Assembly (NCBI GenBank): GCA_963733095.1
Contig: CAVTBV010000012.1
Span: 32,001-96,000, forward strand
Direction of reading: 5' to 3'
Origin: Candidatus Bathyarchaeota archaeon
Lineage (GTDB): Archaea; Thermoproteota; Bathyarchaeia; Bathyarchaeales; Bathycorpusculaceae
DNA length: 64,000 bases
The notes under the pieces: model-generated
What the model saw: only the letters and a program-made list of their open reading frames with translations
What the model was told of the DNA's origin: nothing
Database searches by the model: none
In this document: positions 40,154 through 50,091 of the stretch, piece after piece
How positions within the stretch are numbered: position 1 is the stretch's first letter
How the letters are laid out: each line of letters begins with the position of its first letter
Position numbers and translations under genes: made by a program

Positions 40154-41231
40154 AATAACTGAAAGAAAACTGGAAGTTCTTGCGGGACTGAAAACGTTTG
40201 GCACCTCCATCTATAATCAATTAGACCAAGGTGTTTTTCCAACTATTAACATGCCGAGCCGATCGACCGAAAACATCAACTATGACCCAACATTGCGCCA
40301 ATACATCCTCGGCGAGAAAAGCGTTGACAGAAGCGCCCGCAACATCCGCCACATCAAACCCTTTACGCAACTTGCATGGTGTGCCATGTTTAGCAATGAA
40401 TTAACCAGCAAACGCAAAACCTCAACCTTAAGAGATGTTTACTATTCGGCTCAAGCATATGAGATGACTTTTACCGACCAGCAAGAATCAAACAACATCA
40501 TCACCGACCTCGAAACCCTCACAGGCTTTGCACGAGAAGACTTCAGCATATTTCCCGAAGAACGCAGTGCAATTTTCGGCGACTTAGACATTGGCTATAC
40601 AGTTCCCGGCTACGAAGGCAAAACGGTGAATTTAACAAGCCACCCAGACGGCGTACTCATTGGACCAGCGGTAACCTCTTCAGAATTCATAAAAACCAGC
40701 GCTGATAAAGTTATAGCCATCGAGAAAGGCGCCCTCTTCACAAGATTTATTGAAGAAAACGTCCATAACAAACACAAATCGCTTTTAATTTCGTGTGGTG
40801 GACAAGCGCCAAGACAAACCCGAAGCTTCATACGCCGACTTCACGACGAACTCGGTCTACCTGTATTCATCCTCACCGACGGTGACCCATGGGGAATGCA
40901 CATTGCCCAAGTCATCATCTCTGGCTCAGCCAACGCAGCACACCTCCGCGAACTAAACACACCTGACGCAGTTTGGAGCGGTGTTTGGGCATCCGACATC
41001 GTCGAATATAAACTACCCACCGACCCGCTAGACGAAGTTGACATCAAACGGCTCTACGAGTTACAAAGGGACCCAAGATACCAAAGCGACCCTGTTTGGC
41101 AACGTGAAATCAAAATGTTCCTCAAGATTAAGCGTAAAACGGAACTGGAAGCTTTCAGCAGATACGGCTTAACCTACATCGTAGACGAGTATTTACCTAC
41201 TAAACTAGAAGCGGCAAAAGGCAAAAAGTAG
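40134..41231 (+). CDS. top6A: DNA topoisomerase VI subunit A
   Basis: STLRDVYY, IEKGA, GQAPR, TDGDPWG.HI, K.ELEAF. Confidence 0.98.
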   Translation: MEQKKAKITERKLEVLAGLKTFGTSIYNQLDQGVFPTINMPSRSTENINYDPTLRQYILGEKSVDRSARNIRHIKPFTQLAWCAMFSNELTSKRKTSTLRDVYYSAQAYEMTFTDQQESNNIITDLETLTGFAREDFSIFPEERSAIFGDLDIGYTVPGYEGKTVNLTSHPDGVLIGPAVTSSEFIKTSADKVIAIEKGALFTRFIEENVHNKHKSLLISCGGQAPRQTRSFIRRLHDELGLPVFILTDGDPWGMHIAQVIISGSANAAHLRELNTPDAVWSGVWASDIVEYKLPTDPLDEVDIKRLYELQRDPRYQSDPVWQREIKMFLKIKRKTELEAFSRYGLTYIVDEYLPTKLEAAKGKK

Positions 41232-41478
41232 AATAATAGCCCTATTCACATGCTCAGAGCACAAACGCCATGAACGCTGAATAAAAGCCCTACAGCTTAT
41301 CGAGAAAAGTAAGATCCCAGACGCAAAAAAGTACCTGCTCATGCTCCACGCTTGAGGGATAACCTTTTTTGAGTTTTGCTATCTACAAACAACAAAAATA
41401 TACGAAGCCGATAAAATCAACATCAAAAATGCAGTAACAACTAAAAAAAAGAGAAAGAGAATAAACTATAAACCGCAG

Positions 41479-43317
41479 TTATTTTTTGGGTTTCTCAGGT
41501 GCTTCTTTTTCAGGCTTAATTTCCATTTTCTCGGGTTTGCTGGTTTTGGTGTAGTAGTATTCGCCGATGCCCTTCTGGAACTTATCCATCTGCGAGTCTT
41601 CTTTGTTTACTCGTGGACGGAAAGTTACTGAGTCCCGTCTGAACGTGATATCCATTTCCTTGAGAAAAGTATTCATGCCTTGTCTTAGAGTGGTTGGTGG
41701 ATGTGCTAAGCCGCTGGTGCCTGGTTCACCTTTGAAAACCATCAAGCGGTCAGCTATGAAGTCTTGGGTGACAACGTCGTGTTCAACTACAAAAGCTGGG
41801 ATGCCATGGGCTTCTACTACGCGCCGCAGCGTTTTTGCAACGTTCAAGCGTTCCTCAACGTCTAGGTATGCACTTGGCTCGTCAAGCAGGAATAAATCAG
41901 TTTTGCGGCTTAGACACGCGGCAACTGCAACTTTTTGGAGTTCTCCACCGCTGAGCTCCATTACATTCTTATCCATTAAGACCTGAAGTCGAAGCGGCTG
42001 GGCAATCTCGGTTTTGTACCAGCTTGAAGCAAAGTTTTCCTTAGCGACATCCATGAGCAGTTCTTGCACCGAACCCTCGTAGTCAGGCGCAATGTACTGG
42101 GGCTTGTAGCTTACAGTTAATTTGCTCAGTTGACGTTTATCGTCTGTTTCTTCTAAGCCTGCTAAAATCTTGACAAACGTGGTTTTTCCGATGCCGTTGG
42201 GTCCCAGGATGCCAATGATTTCGCCTGTTTTTATTTCTCCTGGTTCTATGGCAAGTTTGAAGCCTTTGAATGTTTTCTCCATCTTTTCCCATTTGAGCAG
42301 GGGTTCACCGATCATTTCTCCTGCGTTTGGGGGTTTTTCATGGAAGACTATGGCTTCTTTGCGGAACATAATGTTCTCGTCTGGGATGTAGCCCTGAAGG
42401 TAAATGTTGATGCCTGTTCGAACGCCATGGGTATGTGAGACGACGCCGTAGACGCTTGGTTCACCGTAGAAGACGCAGATTTGGTCAGATAAGTAGTCAA
42501 TGATTGCTAAGTCATGCTCGGCGACAACGATTGTTTTCTGTTGCTCTTTGAGGCTACGAATTGTTCTTGCAACCACAAGCCTCTGCTTAACATCTAAGTA
42601 GCTGGAGGGTTCATCGAAAAGGTACACATCAGCTTCCCGACTAAGCGCCGCCGCAACCGCAACCCGCTGAAGTTCCCCACCGCTAAGCACATCGAGCGGT
42701 CTATCCCAAATCTTCTTGAGCTCCAACTCTTCGGCAATCGCATCAAGCTGTTTGCGTTCATCAACCTTTTCCAAGAGATCACCAGCTTTACCCGATACCG
42801 CCTTGGGAATTTTGTCGACGTACTGGGGTTTGCTGCTGACTTTAAGTTTCTTTTCGCTTAGTTTCTGGAAGTAATCCTGAAGGCTTGAACCTCGATAATA
42901 TTGAATAATCTCAGGCCACTCTGGTGGGTCATCGAACCTTCCTAGGTTAGGTTTGATTTCACCTGAGAAAACTTTGAGCGTTGTGCTTTTGCCGATACCG
43001 TTTTGTCCCAGCAACCCCAAAACTGTTCCTGGCGAGGGCATGGGTAGGCGGAATAGTTTGAAGCTGTTGGCGCTGAAACGGTGGCTGCAATCCTTCTCAA
43101 GTTCGTCAGGCAAGTTGACAATGCTGATGGCTTTGAAGGGGCATTTTTTGACGCAGATTCCACAGCCGCTGCAAAGGGTTTCCGCTATGACTGCTTTGTT
43201 CCCTTCAACTTTTATGGCTTCCACTCTGCTGCGCACCATTGGGCAAAAGCTAACGCAGAGTGAATTACATTTTTTGACTTTGCACTTGTCTTCGTTTAAT
43301 ACAGCGATTCTGGTCAT
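41479..43317 (-). CDS. rli: Ribosome recycling ATPase ABCE1/Rli1
   Basis: N-terminal Fe-S domain (CSGCGICVKKCPF), two ABC domains (GQNGIGKS, LSGGELQ, GPNGIGKT), RPRVNK. Confidence 0.97.
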   Translation of the reverse strand: MTRIAVLNEDKCKVKKCNSLCVSFCPMVRSRVEAIKVEGNKAVIAETLCSGCGICVKKCPFKAISIVNLPDELEKDCSHRFSANSFKLFRLPMPSPGTVLGLLGQNGIGKSTTLKVFSGEIKPNLGRFDDPPEWPEIIQYYRGSSLQDYFQKLSEKKLKVSSKPQYVDKIPKAVSGKAGDLLEKVDERKQLDAIAEELELKKIWDRPLDVLSGGELQRVAVAAALSREADVYLFDEPSSYLDVKQRLVVARTIRSLKEQQKTIVVAEHDLAIIDYLSDQICVFYGEPSVYGVVSHTHGVRTGINIYLQGYIPDENIMFRKEAIVFHEKPPNAGEMIGEPLLKWEKMEKTFKGFKLAIEPGEIKTGEIIGILGPNGIGKTTFVKILAGLEETDDKRQLSKLTVSYKPQYIAPDYEGSVQELLMDVAKENFASSWYKTEIAQPLRLQVLMDKNVMELSGGELQKVAVAACLSRKTDLFLLDEPSAYLDVEERLNVAKTLRRVVEAHGIPAFVVEHDVVTQDFIADRLMVFKGEPGTSGLAHPPTTLRQGMNTFLKEMDITFRRDSVTFRPRVNKEDSQMDKFQKGIGEYYYTKTSKPEKMEIKPEKEAPEKPKK

Positions 43318-43487
43318 TGTAGAGTCGTTTAATGATGCCTGCAAGATAGTTATAAATGTAAACCTTGAGGAAAAAAGAAAACAAAAATACTAAGCGTCTT
43401 TTTCATCGGTTAAAAATACCTCAAAAACTTTCGGGGAAAAATCAAACTTAAAAGAAGATATACAAGGTGTGGTTTAGGCGTTTTATT

Positions 43488-43556
43488 TTACCATTCTTCT
43501 TCTTCCCATTCTTCATCTTCGCCTTCTTCCCATTCATCTTCTTCTTCGAATATCAT
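43488..43556 (-). CDS. Unannotated 22-aa acidic Trp-repeat micropeptide MIFEEEDEWEEGEDEEWEEEEW
   Basis: Perfect SD GGAGGTG (43566-43572) 9 nt before the ATG; TTAAA box upstream; T-rich tract downstream. Confidence 0.7.
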   Translation of the reverse strand: MIFEEEDEWEEGEDEEWEEEEW

Positions 43557-43757
43557 TCCTTTTTTCACCTCCAAACAAGACCGTATAAGCTACCGTACTC
43601 TACGAGGGGTTTAAGCGTTTAGATTCGTCAAATGACGTTAAACGTAAACCCAGTCTTGGGCTAGAACATGGGTTATGCACAAATTTTTCTACAAAATTTT
43701 GGAATTTTCCGTGCGGTAATCTCTTATAAAAAGTCTCGACAAATACACCCAAGAGGA

Positions 43758-44295
43758 ATGGTTATAAGAAGAATATTCAAAATAATCCACGCTATATTGC
43801 GGTATTGATAATTATAATAGTAGCATTTGGAGCAGTAATAGTCTTAGACGTGGCGGCTTAGACTACAACTGGTTTCAAAACCTTAAACACCAACAGGAAC
43901 CTCTATAGGAAAAGCCCGGCTTATCGGGAACCGTAAAAGGCGTCGCCGATAAGGTTACTATTGACTTGCAGACGAAAGGTTTCAATGTCACAGAGGCAGG
44001 GGTAAAAAGCTCAGCCGCAACCCACATCGTGGACTATAACATTGCAGTTGTCGGGGGTCCAGTTTACGCAGGTGCACTAATTAAAGACAAAATGAACGAC
44101 TTATCCATTACTCAGGGCACCAAAGTCGGCGTTTTCGGAAGCGGACAAGGTGCAACTTCATCAGATGATATCACCCTAATTTAGCAGTCAATACCAATCA
44201 ACGCTGGAATCTCAAATGCGATTGTCGTGAAAATCGGCAGCAGCGAAGACCTCAATACACGAGCCCAAGACTTTGTAAATCAACTTCTAACCTAA
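43758..44295 (+). pseudogene. Degraded membrane-anchored flavodoxin-like protein
   Basis: N-terminal TM, YNIAVVGGPVYAG, KVGVFGSG; in-frame TAG stops and frameshifts. Confidence 0.7.
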
Positions 44296-44587
44296 AAACC
44301 ACCAACCCTTTCTTTCTTATCATATTTTGTTATTCTATCATATCAAAATAGATAAATCCCAACAATGAACATTAAGGTGGGAATGATGTGAGGCGACGGC
44401 TTCGAGCTATAGCTGTGAGAAAACGTCAATCAACACTGACCCATAAACTCTACAGTTTTGAATCGCTCATTAGTGAGCCTATAGTCCAAGAATTTTCTGA
44501 ATGCCCCAATGTAATAAGCCATAACAAGCATTTTGACTATTGTATAGGAATAATCCATATAATATTTAAGGAAGACACACAAAATAA

Positions 44588-45094
44588 GTGTGTGAGGCCA
44601 GAAAAATAAAAGCAGCGTTGCTAGCACCGCTATATCTTTCCATGTCGTGGATACTCACGGTAAGTTACCAACTGTTTACCGATACAGCAGTTAAGTCAAT
44701 CGCATCATACGCTAACTTTTGGATGCCATCAGCCGGCGCATGGTTAAATTCGAATGTCGCAACCGTTGTTTTTATCTATGCTTTCACTTGGATTTTTGTG
44801 TTATCTTCCGTTATACCCTCGGTGATTCTTGGAAAAGAGAGAAGCGTACTAATTCAATACCTTGTTGTCTTAACTCTCACCCTGTTGGCTTTCTACATGG
44901 CGGATATACTTCAAATTGTTGCAGGGATCAATATAACCGACTTGCTTGCCGCTGCCACATTTCTCACTAACCCAATTTTGGCTGTCTTCTACTTGGCAGT
45001 ACCCTACATTTTTATGATTGGTTTAGATATTAGGGCCAGAAAAGCTGCTAAGGGCAGAAAACAGCTAAATAAAATAGTTAAACGACTCAGTTAA
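44588..45094 (+). CDS. Hypothetical 4-TM membrane protein
   Basis: Four hydrophobic helices and a basic C-terminus. Confidence 0.8.
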   Translation: MCEARKIKAALLAPLYLSMSWILTVSYQLFTDTAVKSIASYANFWMPSAGAWLNSNVATVVFIYAFTWIFVLSSVIPSVILGKERSVLIQYLVVLTLTLLAFYMADILQIVAGINITDLLAAATFLTNPILAVFYLAVPYIFMIGLDIRARKAAKGRKQLNKIVKRLS

Positions 45095-45107
45095 TCAGAA
45101 GAATATC

Positions 45108-45443
45108 TTACTTTTTGCGCATGTTACATTGGAGCACTTTGGGACAAATTAAACATTCGTCTTGCGTTAAGGTGCTTCCCGGTGGGGCGTTTAAGAGCCC
45201 ATTAAAATGTGCACATTTAGCGGGTGAATCAAAAACCCTCGGGTACTCCGTTGGTTTTACACTTACAATCTTTCCTTTAGCGGTCTCTAACTCTAACCTT
45301 GACATGCAGAATGGACAAGCATAATGAGTTTGGCGCGGAAGGACAGAATCATCCGTAATCATAGTTGGCTTATCAAATTGTTTTTCGCAGCCTTTATATG
45401 GACACTTGAGTTTTTCGTCGTGGTGTCCATGGAAAAGTGGCAT
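45108..45443 (-). CDS. Cys-rich double zinc-binding protein
   Basis: CPYKGC...CPFC and CAHF...CLIC...C; SD GGAGG before ATG 45443. Confidence 0.78.
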   Translation of the reverse strand: MPLFHGHHDEKLKCPYKGCEKQFDKPTMITDDSVLPRQTHYACPFCMSRLELETAKGKIVSVKPTEYPRVFDSPAKCAHFNGLLNAPPGSTLTQDECLICPKVLQCNMRKK

Positions 45444-45534
45444 GTCAATCGCCTCCGGTATAAACTTAATAAAAATGGCATTTTTTAATAAAGATTTCCT
45501 AGAAGCAAACGCCGAGTCTTTACTGTACAACACA

Positions 45535-46135
45535 ACTGCAGAAAGAGCCAGACCAGCCGAAGAAGATCTCTAGTCCCCCGAAACAAACAAAATTATTCTC
45601 TAGAAACGCTTCCTCAACAAGTTACCTGCCGCAAAAAGAGAGATGAAACAACTAAGAAAAAGAACCATCAAAAAAGCCTTAAAAAAAAACCTCACCGTTA
45701 AGATACCACGATTTTAAAGAATTCATGAAAATCAGCGAAGAAATCCTAAAAGAAAGACACGCAACAAAATCTGTGTATCCTAACGAGGAAATCTAACGCT
45801 TAACAAACTAATTCCCAGATAACATAAAATTATTCGCTGCCTACAAGGACGATGTTATGTTGGCAGACGTCGTCATGTATGAAAATAAACATGCTGCCCA
45901 CGCTCAATACGCAGCTAATCAAGACAAGGATGGGATTTTGGTGCAGAAGACTTAATCCTTGATTACCTCATACATGAATATTACAAAGATAGCATACTTT
46001 GATTTTGGCATTTCAAACTAGAAAATAGGGCAGGCAGTGCTATCCAAGGTTTTGAACAACGGCTTCATAAGCTACAAAGAAGGCTTGGAGCAAGATCCGT
46101 CAAATACGATTTATATTCATTAACCATCCAAGAGT
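45535..46135 (+). pseudogene. Remnant of a GNAT/FemAB-like acyltransferase
   Basis: Fragments PAEEDL, FPDNIKLFAAY, HAQYAA, DLILDYLI, YFDFGIS, YKEG with many stops and frameshifts. Confidence 0.7.
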
Positions 46136-46140
46136 TGAAG

Positions 46141-46217
46141 TGGAGCCTCGAGCGGGCCTTGCTCCCGCGGCCTGCTGCTTACGAGGCAGCCGCTCTACTG
46201 GGCTGAGCTATCGAGGC
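46141..46217 (-). tRNA. tRNA-Thr(CGU), CCA encoded, non-canonical D/T loops
   Basis: Identical to 34693-34769 except that the anticodon is CGT. Confidence 0.93.
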
Positions 46218-46315
46218 GCTAATAACGCTAAACAACACGAAACCAATTTTTAAAGTTTCACAAACCCCAACCTTAAAAGCAACAAACAACCCATAAAAGA
46301 TAGAGTATAATCCAA

Positions 46316-47347
46316 ATGTCCCCACACAAAACCTCAACAGCCAAAAATCTGGGCGAACACAGAATAATCGAAATCATTCAAAACCACCTCACTCCCATGC
46401 CCAACATGCCTGTTCCGTTTGGAGACGACGTTTCCGCAGTTACCATCAATCAAAACCAGGTCGCTGTGCTAAAAACCGACATGTTAGTAGCTAAGACCGA
46501 TGTCCCTGACGAAATGTCTCTCTTCCAAGCTGCAAGAAAAGCCTTAATCATGAACATCAGCGATTTCGCTTCAAAAGGTGTCCGGCCCACAGCGGCGCTT
46601 GTTGCTTTGGGGTTACCTGCTAACTTTAACCAAAAAAACATCGAAGAAATAGGATACGGCTTGAATGCCGGAGCTCAAGAATACGGCGCGTACATAATCG
46701 GCGGCGACACAAGTGAAACCTCCGACTTAATTATTTCAATCTCGCTCTATGGTACGGCAGACCAGTCGGCCTTGATACTGCGAAGCGGCGCAAAACCCGG
46801 CGAAATTTTGGCAGTTACAGGTTTTTTCGGCAAATCAGCGGCAGGGTTACGTTTACTACTTGGCGGATGTTTAACTTTCAAGAACGCAAAATCCCTCTTA
46901 GATGCAGTTTTTATGCCCAAAGCAAGGCTAGCGGAGGGTTTGGCGCTTGGCGGTTGCAGTGCGGTTTCGGCGTCTATGGATTCCAGCGATGGTTTAGCTT
47001 GGACTCTGCATGAGCTTGCGCGTTTGAGTAACGTAGGATTTGAACTTGACAAGGTCCCAGTTGCTCCAGAAGTTAAGCGATTTGCAGAGCTGAACAGTCT
47101 TGACGCGTCTGAATTGGCGCTTTACGGCGGCGAAGAATACGAGTTAGTCGTAACTGTTAAGCCTGAAGGATGGGCTACGGCGGTGGCAGCTGTGGAAGCA
47201 GCAGGCGGACAATTATTGCCCATAGGAAAAACAATAGAGCCAAAACAAATTTCGTTAAAAACCGATGGCAAGCATGTTCCGATTGAGGTGCGTGGTTTTG
47301 AACACTTCAAGAGCCAAATTGAGCCTTCTGGTCCAAAGTATAATTAA
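46316..47347 (+). CDS. thiL: Thiamine-monophosphate kinase
   Basis: GE..II, GDD, KTDML, NISDFASKG..P, GGDT, MDSSDGL, GGEEYEL. Confidence 0.95.
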   Translation: MSPHKTSTAKNLGEHRIIEIIQNHLTPMPNMPVPFGDDVSAVTINQNQVAVLKTDMLVAKTDVPDEMSLFQAARKALIMNISDFASKGVRPTAALVALGLPANFNQKNIEEIGYGLNAGAQEYGAYIIGGDTSETSDLIISISLYGTADQSALILRSGAKPGEILAVTGFFGKSAAGLRLLLGGCLTFKNAKSLLDAVFMPKARLAEGLALGGCSAVSASMDSSDGLAWTLHELARLSNVGFELDKVPVAPEVKRFAELNSLDASELALYGGEEYELVVTVKPEGWATAVAAVEAAGGQLLPIGKTIEPKQISLKTDGKHVPIEVRGFEHFKSQIEPSGPKYN

Positions 47348-47885
47348 TTATGGTAATACACGAGGCTGCCAAGTACGGTGTTTTTCCTAGGCTGATTTTT
47401 TCTCCAAATCGCTGGGCAAAGAGTTCGGCTTTTTTGGGTAGGCCAACGTGGTCGCCGAGAATGAAAAGGCTGTTTTCTGCAAGTTGAATTTGGGTTATGT
47501 CCTTGCCGTCTTCCTCAAGTACATAGATTTTGTGTGTTTGTGCTTTGGCTTTGAGGAGGGCTTCGAAGCTTGTTTTGTCCTTGGTTATGCCCGGGTGGGG
47601 TTTTCCGGAGAGTATTTTTTTCAGGATTACTTGCCAGGTGCCCATGTCTGTGCGCACGTCATAGAGTGTTTCTCCGTTGATTTGGATGTGGATAGGCGGG
47701 TTTGGCGGACCATTTAAGATGGCGTGGAAAGTCACGTCCCTGCGCAATCCATGAGAAAGAAACAGGCTACTAACGATGCATTCGTGGGCTATGTCGAGTC
47801 TGCCAGCATCGTGGAGGCTTTGGAAGTTTGAGTCAGTTTGACCTATACGTGAGAAAAGGATGAATTCCCGCAGCAACACAGTCAC
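47307..47885 (-). CDS. trmY: tRNA (pseudouridine54-N1)-methyltransferase
   Basis: AGRLDI...LFLSHGLRRD, LEEDG.DI, FILGDHVG, ISLG..PYLA..CI (SPOUT fold). Confidence 0.9.
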   Translation of the reverse strand: MTVLLREFILFSRIGQTDSNFQSLHDAGRLDIAHECIVSSLFLSHGLRRDVTFHAILNGPPNPPIHIQINGETLYDVRTDMGTWQVILKKILSGKPHPGITKDKTSFEALLKAKAQTHKIYVLEEDGKDITQIQLAENSLFILGDHVGLPKKAELFAQRFGEKISLGKTPYLAASCITIINYTLDQKAQFGS

Positions 47886-48219
47886 GCATACAGCTATACG
47901 CTGGTTGCTTTAAAGCGCTTTCCTGCAGAAAATTATGGATTCTGGATAGCAATACCTCTTCATGTAGCAAGAGACAAATAACCCTGGTTTTTGAAATTCT
48001 ATTGCTCTAAAAAAACAGCCATTACACCTTTCACTTTTAGGGAAGTATCCTACCATCTATCGTTTCTGCGATGAACCACTATTTGGATTCTAATATGCCA
48101 TGATAAATTCAATTTCCAAAAAATTGTCCAACAAACTCGCAGTCCCTAAACCCAAAAAGCTGTGGATGCGTGGCTAAGGTTTTTATGGTTCTTGCGAAAT
48201 TATGTTCACTACACCCAGT

Positions 48220-48297
48220 GGGGCTCTCGGCTAGCTTGGTCTAGGCTTGTAGACTTGGGCTCTATAGACTCCGGTTCAAATCCGGGGAGCCCCACCA
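48220..48297 (+). tRNA. tRNA-Pro(UGG), CCA encoded
   Basis: GGGGCTC/GAGCCCC acceptor stem, GTAGA ctTGGgc TCTAT anticodon arm, canonical GGTTCAAATCC T arm, ACCA end. Confidence 0.93.
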
Positions 48298-48418
48298 TTC
48301 GATTTTACTTCTGTTAAAGCTTATCTTCCTCGAACCTTTCAATTATTCTTTGTCAAGAACAGACGCTACAAAAACTTTTTAAAAATTAAAATATCTTACC
48401 TTAAAGGGGAGAACACCG

Positions 48419-48763
48419 TTGCTGTTTAAACACAAAAATGAACCTCAAACAAAACTTTATGTAGACTTGGGTGATTTGCAGAACGAAAAGGAACACCTGA
48501 GTAGCTTTATTCAATTACACCTAAAAGTTGCCATATCCCAAGCCGGTGAAAAAATGGCAGTGGACTCAGAGAAGGTATCCCTACATGAGCTGCAGCATGT
48601 AGTGAACAAGTTTGTTTACCATCGAGACCTAAACGTCACTCACTGGGTCTCCGTTGAAGGTTCAACTGTGAAAATTAACAGGTTTAAGGGCAAAGATAAG
48701 AAAAAAGAGAGCCATCAGAAGGAACCGCCGCATCAAACTGCTGCTCAAAGTTGGGGTCTTTAA
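48419..48763 (+). CDS. Small protein resembling ribosomal protein eL22 (divergent)
   Basis: LSSFIQLHLKV / KMAVDSE / SLHELQHVVNKFVYHRDL pattern parallels eL22; by-eye comparison only. Confidence 0.5.
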   Translation: MLFKHKNEPQTKLYVDLGDLQNEKEHLSSFIQLHLKVAISQAGEKMAVDSEKVSLHELQHVVNKFVYHRDLNVTHWVSVEGSTVKINRFKGKDKKKESHQKEPPHQTAAQSWGL

Positions 48764-49030
48764 AAAACAGTCTTAAATTCGTTAGTAAACGATGGTTCAC
48801 TGTGGATCTGACAGCAAAACAAGCCGCGGCCTCCAAATAGGGATATTGATGAAAAGTTTGGTCTTTCAATTCGGTCGGAGATGCCCCAACTTTCGTAAAT
48901 TAGTTTTTTTAATTGCTTGAATGAACAAGGCAACTTAAAGTTCTCAAATATAGTCAGTCGACGATTCCGAATTTTTTGCGACCGCAAATCTTAAAACTAT
49001 GTCGAGTTTAATGTTGTTTGAGGAATTCTG

Positions 49031-49396
49031 ATGGTTTACTGTAGCAAATGTGGTACGCAAAATCCCGATACCAACATTCACTGCACAAACTGCGGCGCTC
49101 CCCTCTACACGGTTGGGCAACGTTACCCGGGTAACGACCGAGAACATTACCGTCGGGTAGAAAACGAATGCTTTGGCTTGCCCAACGGCGGTATGATTGT
49201 AGGCACCGTTTTCGGTGTCATCATAATCCTTGTTGGGTCAGGTTTGTTCTTGCAAGCTACCTACGGCATAAATATAGATTTCTGGCAGTATATTTGGCCG
49301 TTCATAATAATTATTTTCGGCGTACTCATCTTGCTAGGCGCACTTAATAGGCAAAGACGACACAGCGAACGCCCCTCTAACCCGCCTGCACCCTAA
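49031..49396 (+). CDS. Zinc-ribbon plus 2-TM membrane protein
   Basis: YCSKCG...CTNCGA, ECFGLP, two TMs with a WP motif. Confidence 0.85.
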   Translation: MVYCSKCGTQNPDTNIHCTNCGAPLYTVGQRYPGNDREHYRRVENECFGLPNGGMIVGTVFGVIIILVGSGLFLQATYGINIDFWQYIWPFIIIIFGVLILLGALNRQRRHSERPSNPPAP

Positions 49397-50082
49397 ATGC
49401 AGTGTCCGCATTCTACACAGGTTCTTTTATTGTTCCACTCTGAGAGTAAAATCCTAAACAACAACATAAATACAATTAACCCTAGCACATAGGCATCGAC
49501 CAATATACTCTGCCCAACCGAATCCACCACAACCAAACTAATCAACGAACCAACAACAAACAAGGCGTTCACTATTATCTTGACGTAACCACTCATCTTT
49601 ATCTGCGCCAAACCCACAAGTATCATCGTTTCTCCAACCACCAAAATCCAAAGACTTCCAATATCCAAAGTAAGAAAACCTAAAGAAAACAAAACTGCAC
49701 CTCCCAAGGCAACTATTGCCCCCCCCAACAAACCGCCGCATGCAGCACAAAAAACCGAACCTCCAAGAGTAATCCTATTACCAGAGAACTTCTCGCAGTT
49801 AGGATGGTGTCCTTTAAACTGCACTGTTGAAGAAGATTCGGTAGAGTTAGAAGAAACAATCGGTTTTTTGAATATCATGCGGCATTTGCCAGGATAAAAC
49901 ACCGCCACAACGCCCACGATACATAATACACTGAAAACGGCGCCGACGATTGGACGTCGGAAAGGTGACGGGTCTGGTTGTAGGTTAGGTTGAAGCAGAA
50001 GAAGCGGAACCAACGCCAATCCACAAACTGTAACAATCAGCAAAAACAATGGAAAAAATTTTGAAGACACAGGTTTCTGCAA
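49393..50082 (-). CDS. Cys/His-containing polytopic membrane protein (DUF2085-like motif)
   Basis: GHHPNC...FCAACGG, about 6 TMs, C-terminal CVECGHC. Confidence 0.75.
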   Translation of the reverse strand: MQKPVSSKFFPLFLLIVTVCGLALVPLLLLQPNLQPDPSPFRRPIVGAVFSVLCIVGVVAVFYPGKCRMIFKKPIVSSNSTESSSTVQFKGHHPNCEKFSGNRITLGGSVFCAACGGLLGGAIVALGGAVLFSLGFLTLDIGSLWILVVGETMILVGLAQIKMSGYVKIIVNALFVVGSLISLVVVDSVGQSILVDAYVLGLIVFMLLFRILLSEWNNKRTCVECGHCI

Positions 50083-50091
50083 AGTTTTCGC

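Noticed and set aside
43758-44295. TAG readthrough (pyrrolysine or recoding) in the flavodoxin-like gene
   Set aside because: Frameshifts accompany the TAGs, and many intact genes in the window end in TAG, so ordinary decay is the simpler explanation
44388-44627. ORFs of 73 aa (+) and 65 aa (-)
   Set aside because: No motifs, and they overlap the likely promoter of the 44588 gene; I cannot support them
34693-46217. Integrated element bounded by tRNA direct repeats (attL/attR)
   Set aside because: Both copies are full-length tRNAs with different anticodons, the interval holds core genes (top6AB, ABCE1), and no integrase is present
48780-48900. Possible fluoride riboswitch (GATGG..TCAC, TGATG)
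   Set aside because: The pseudoknot pairing and spacing do not fit, and no fluoride-related gene follows
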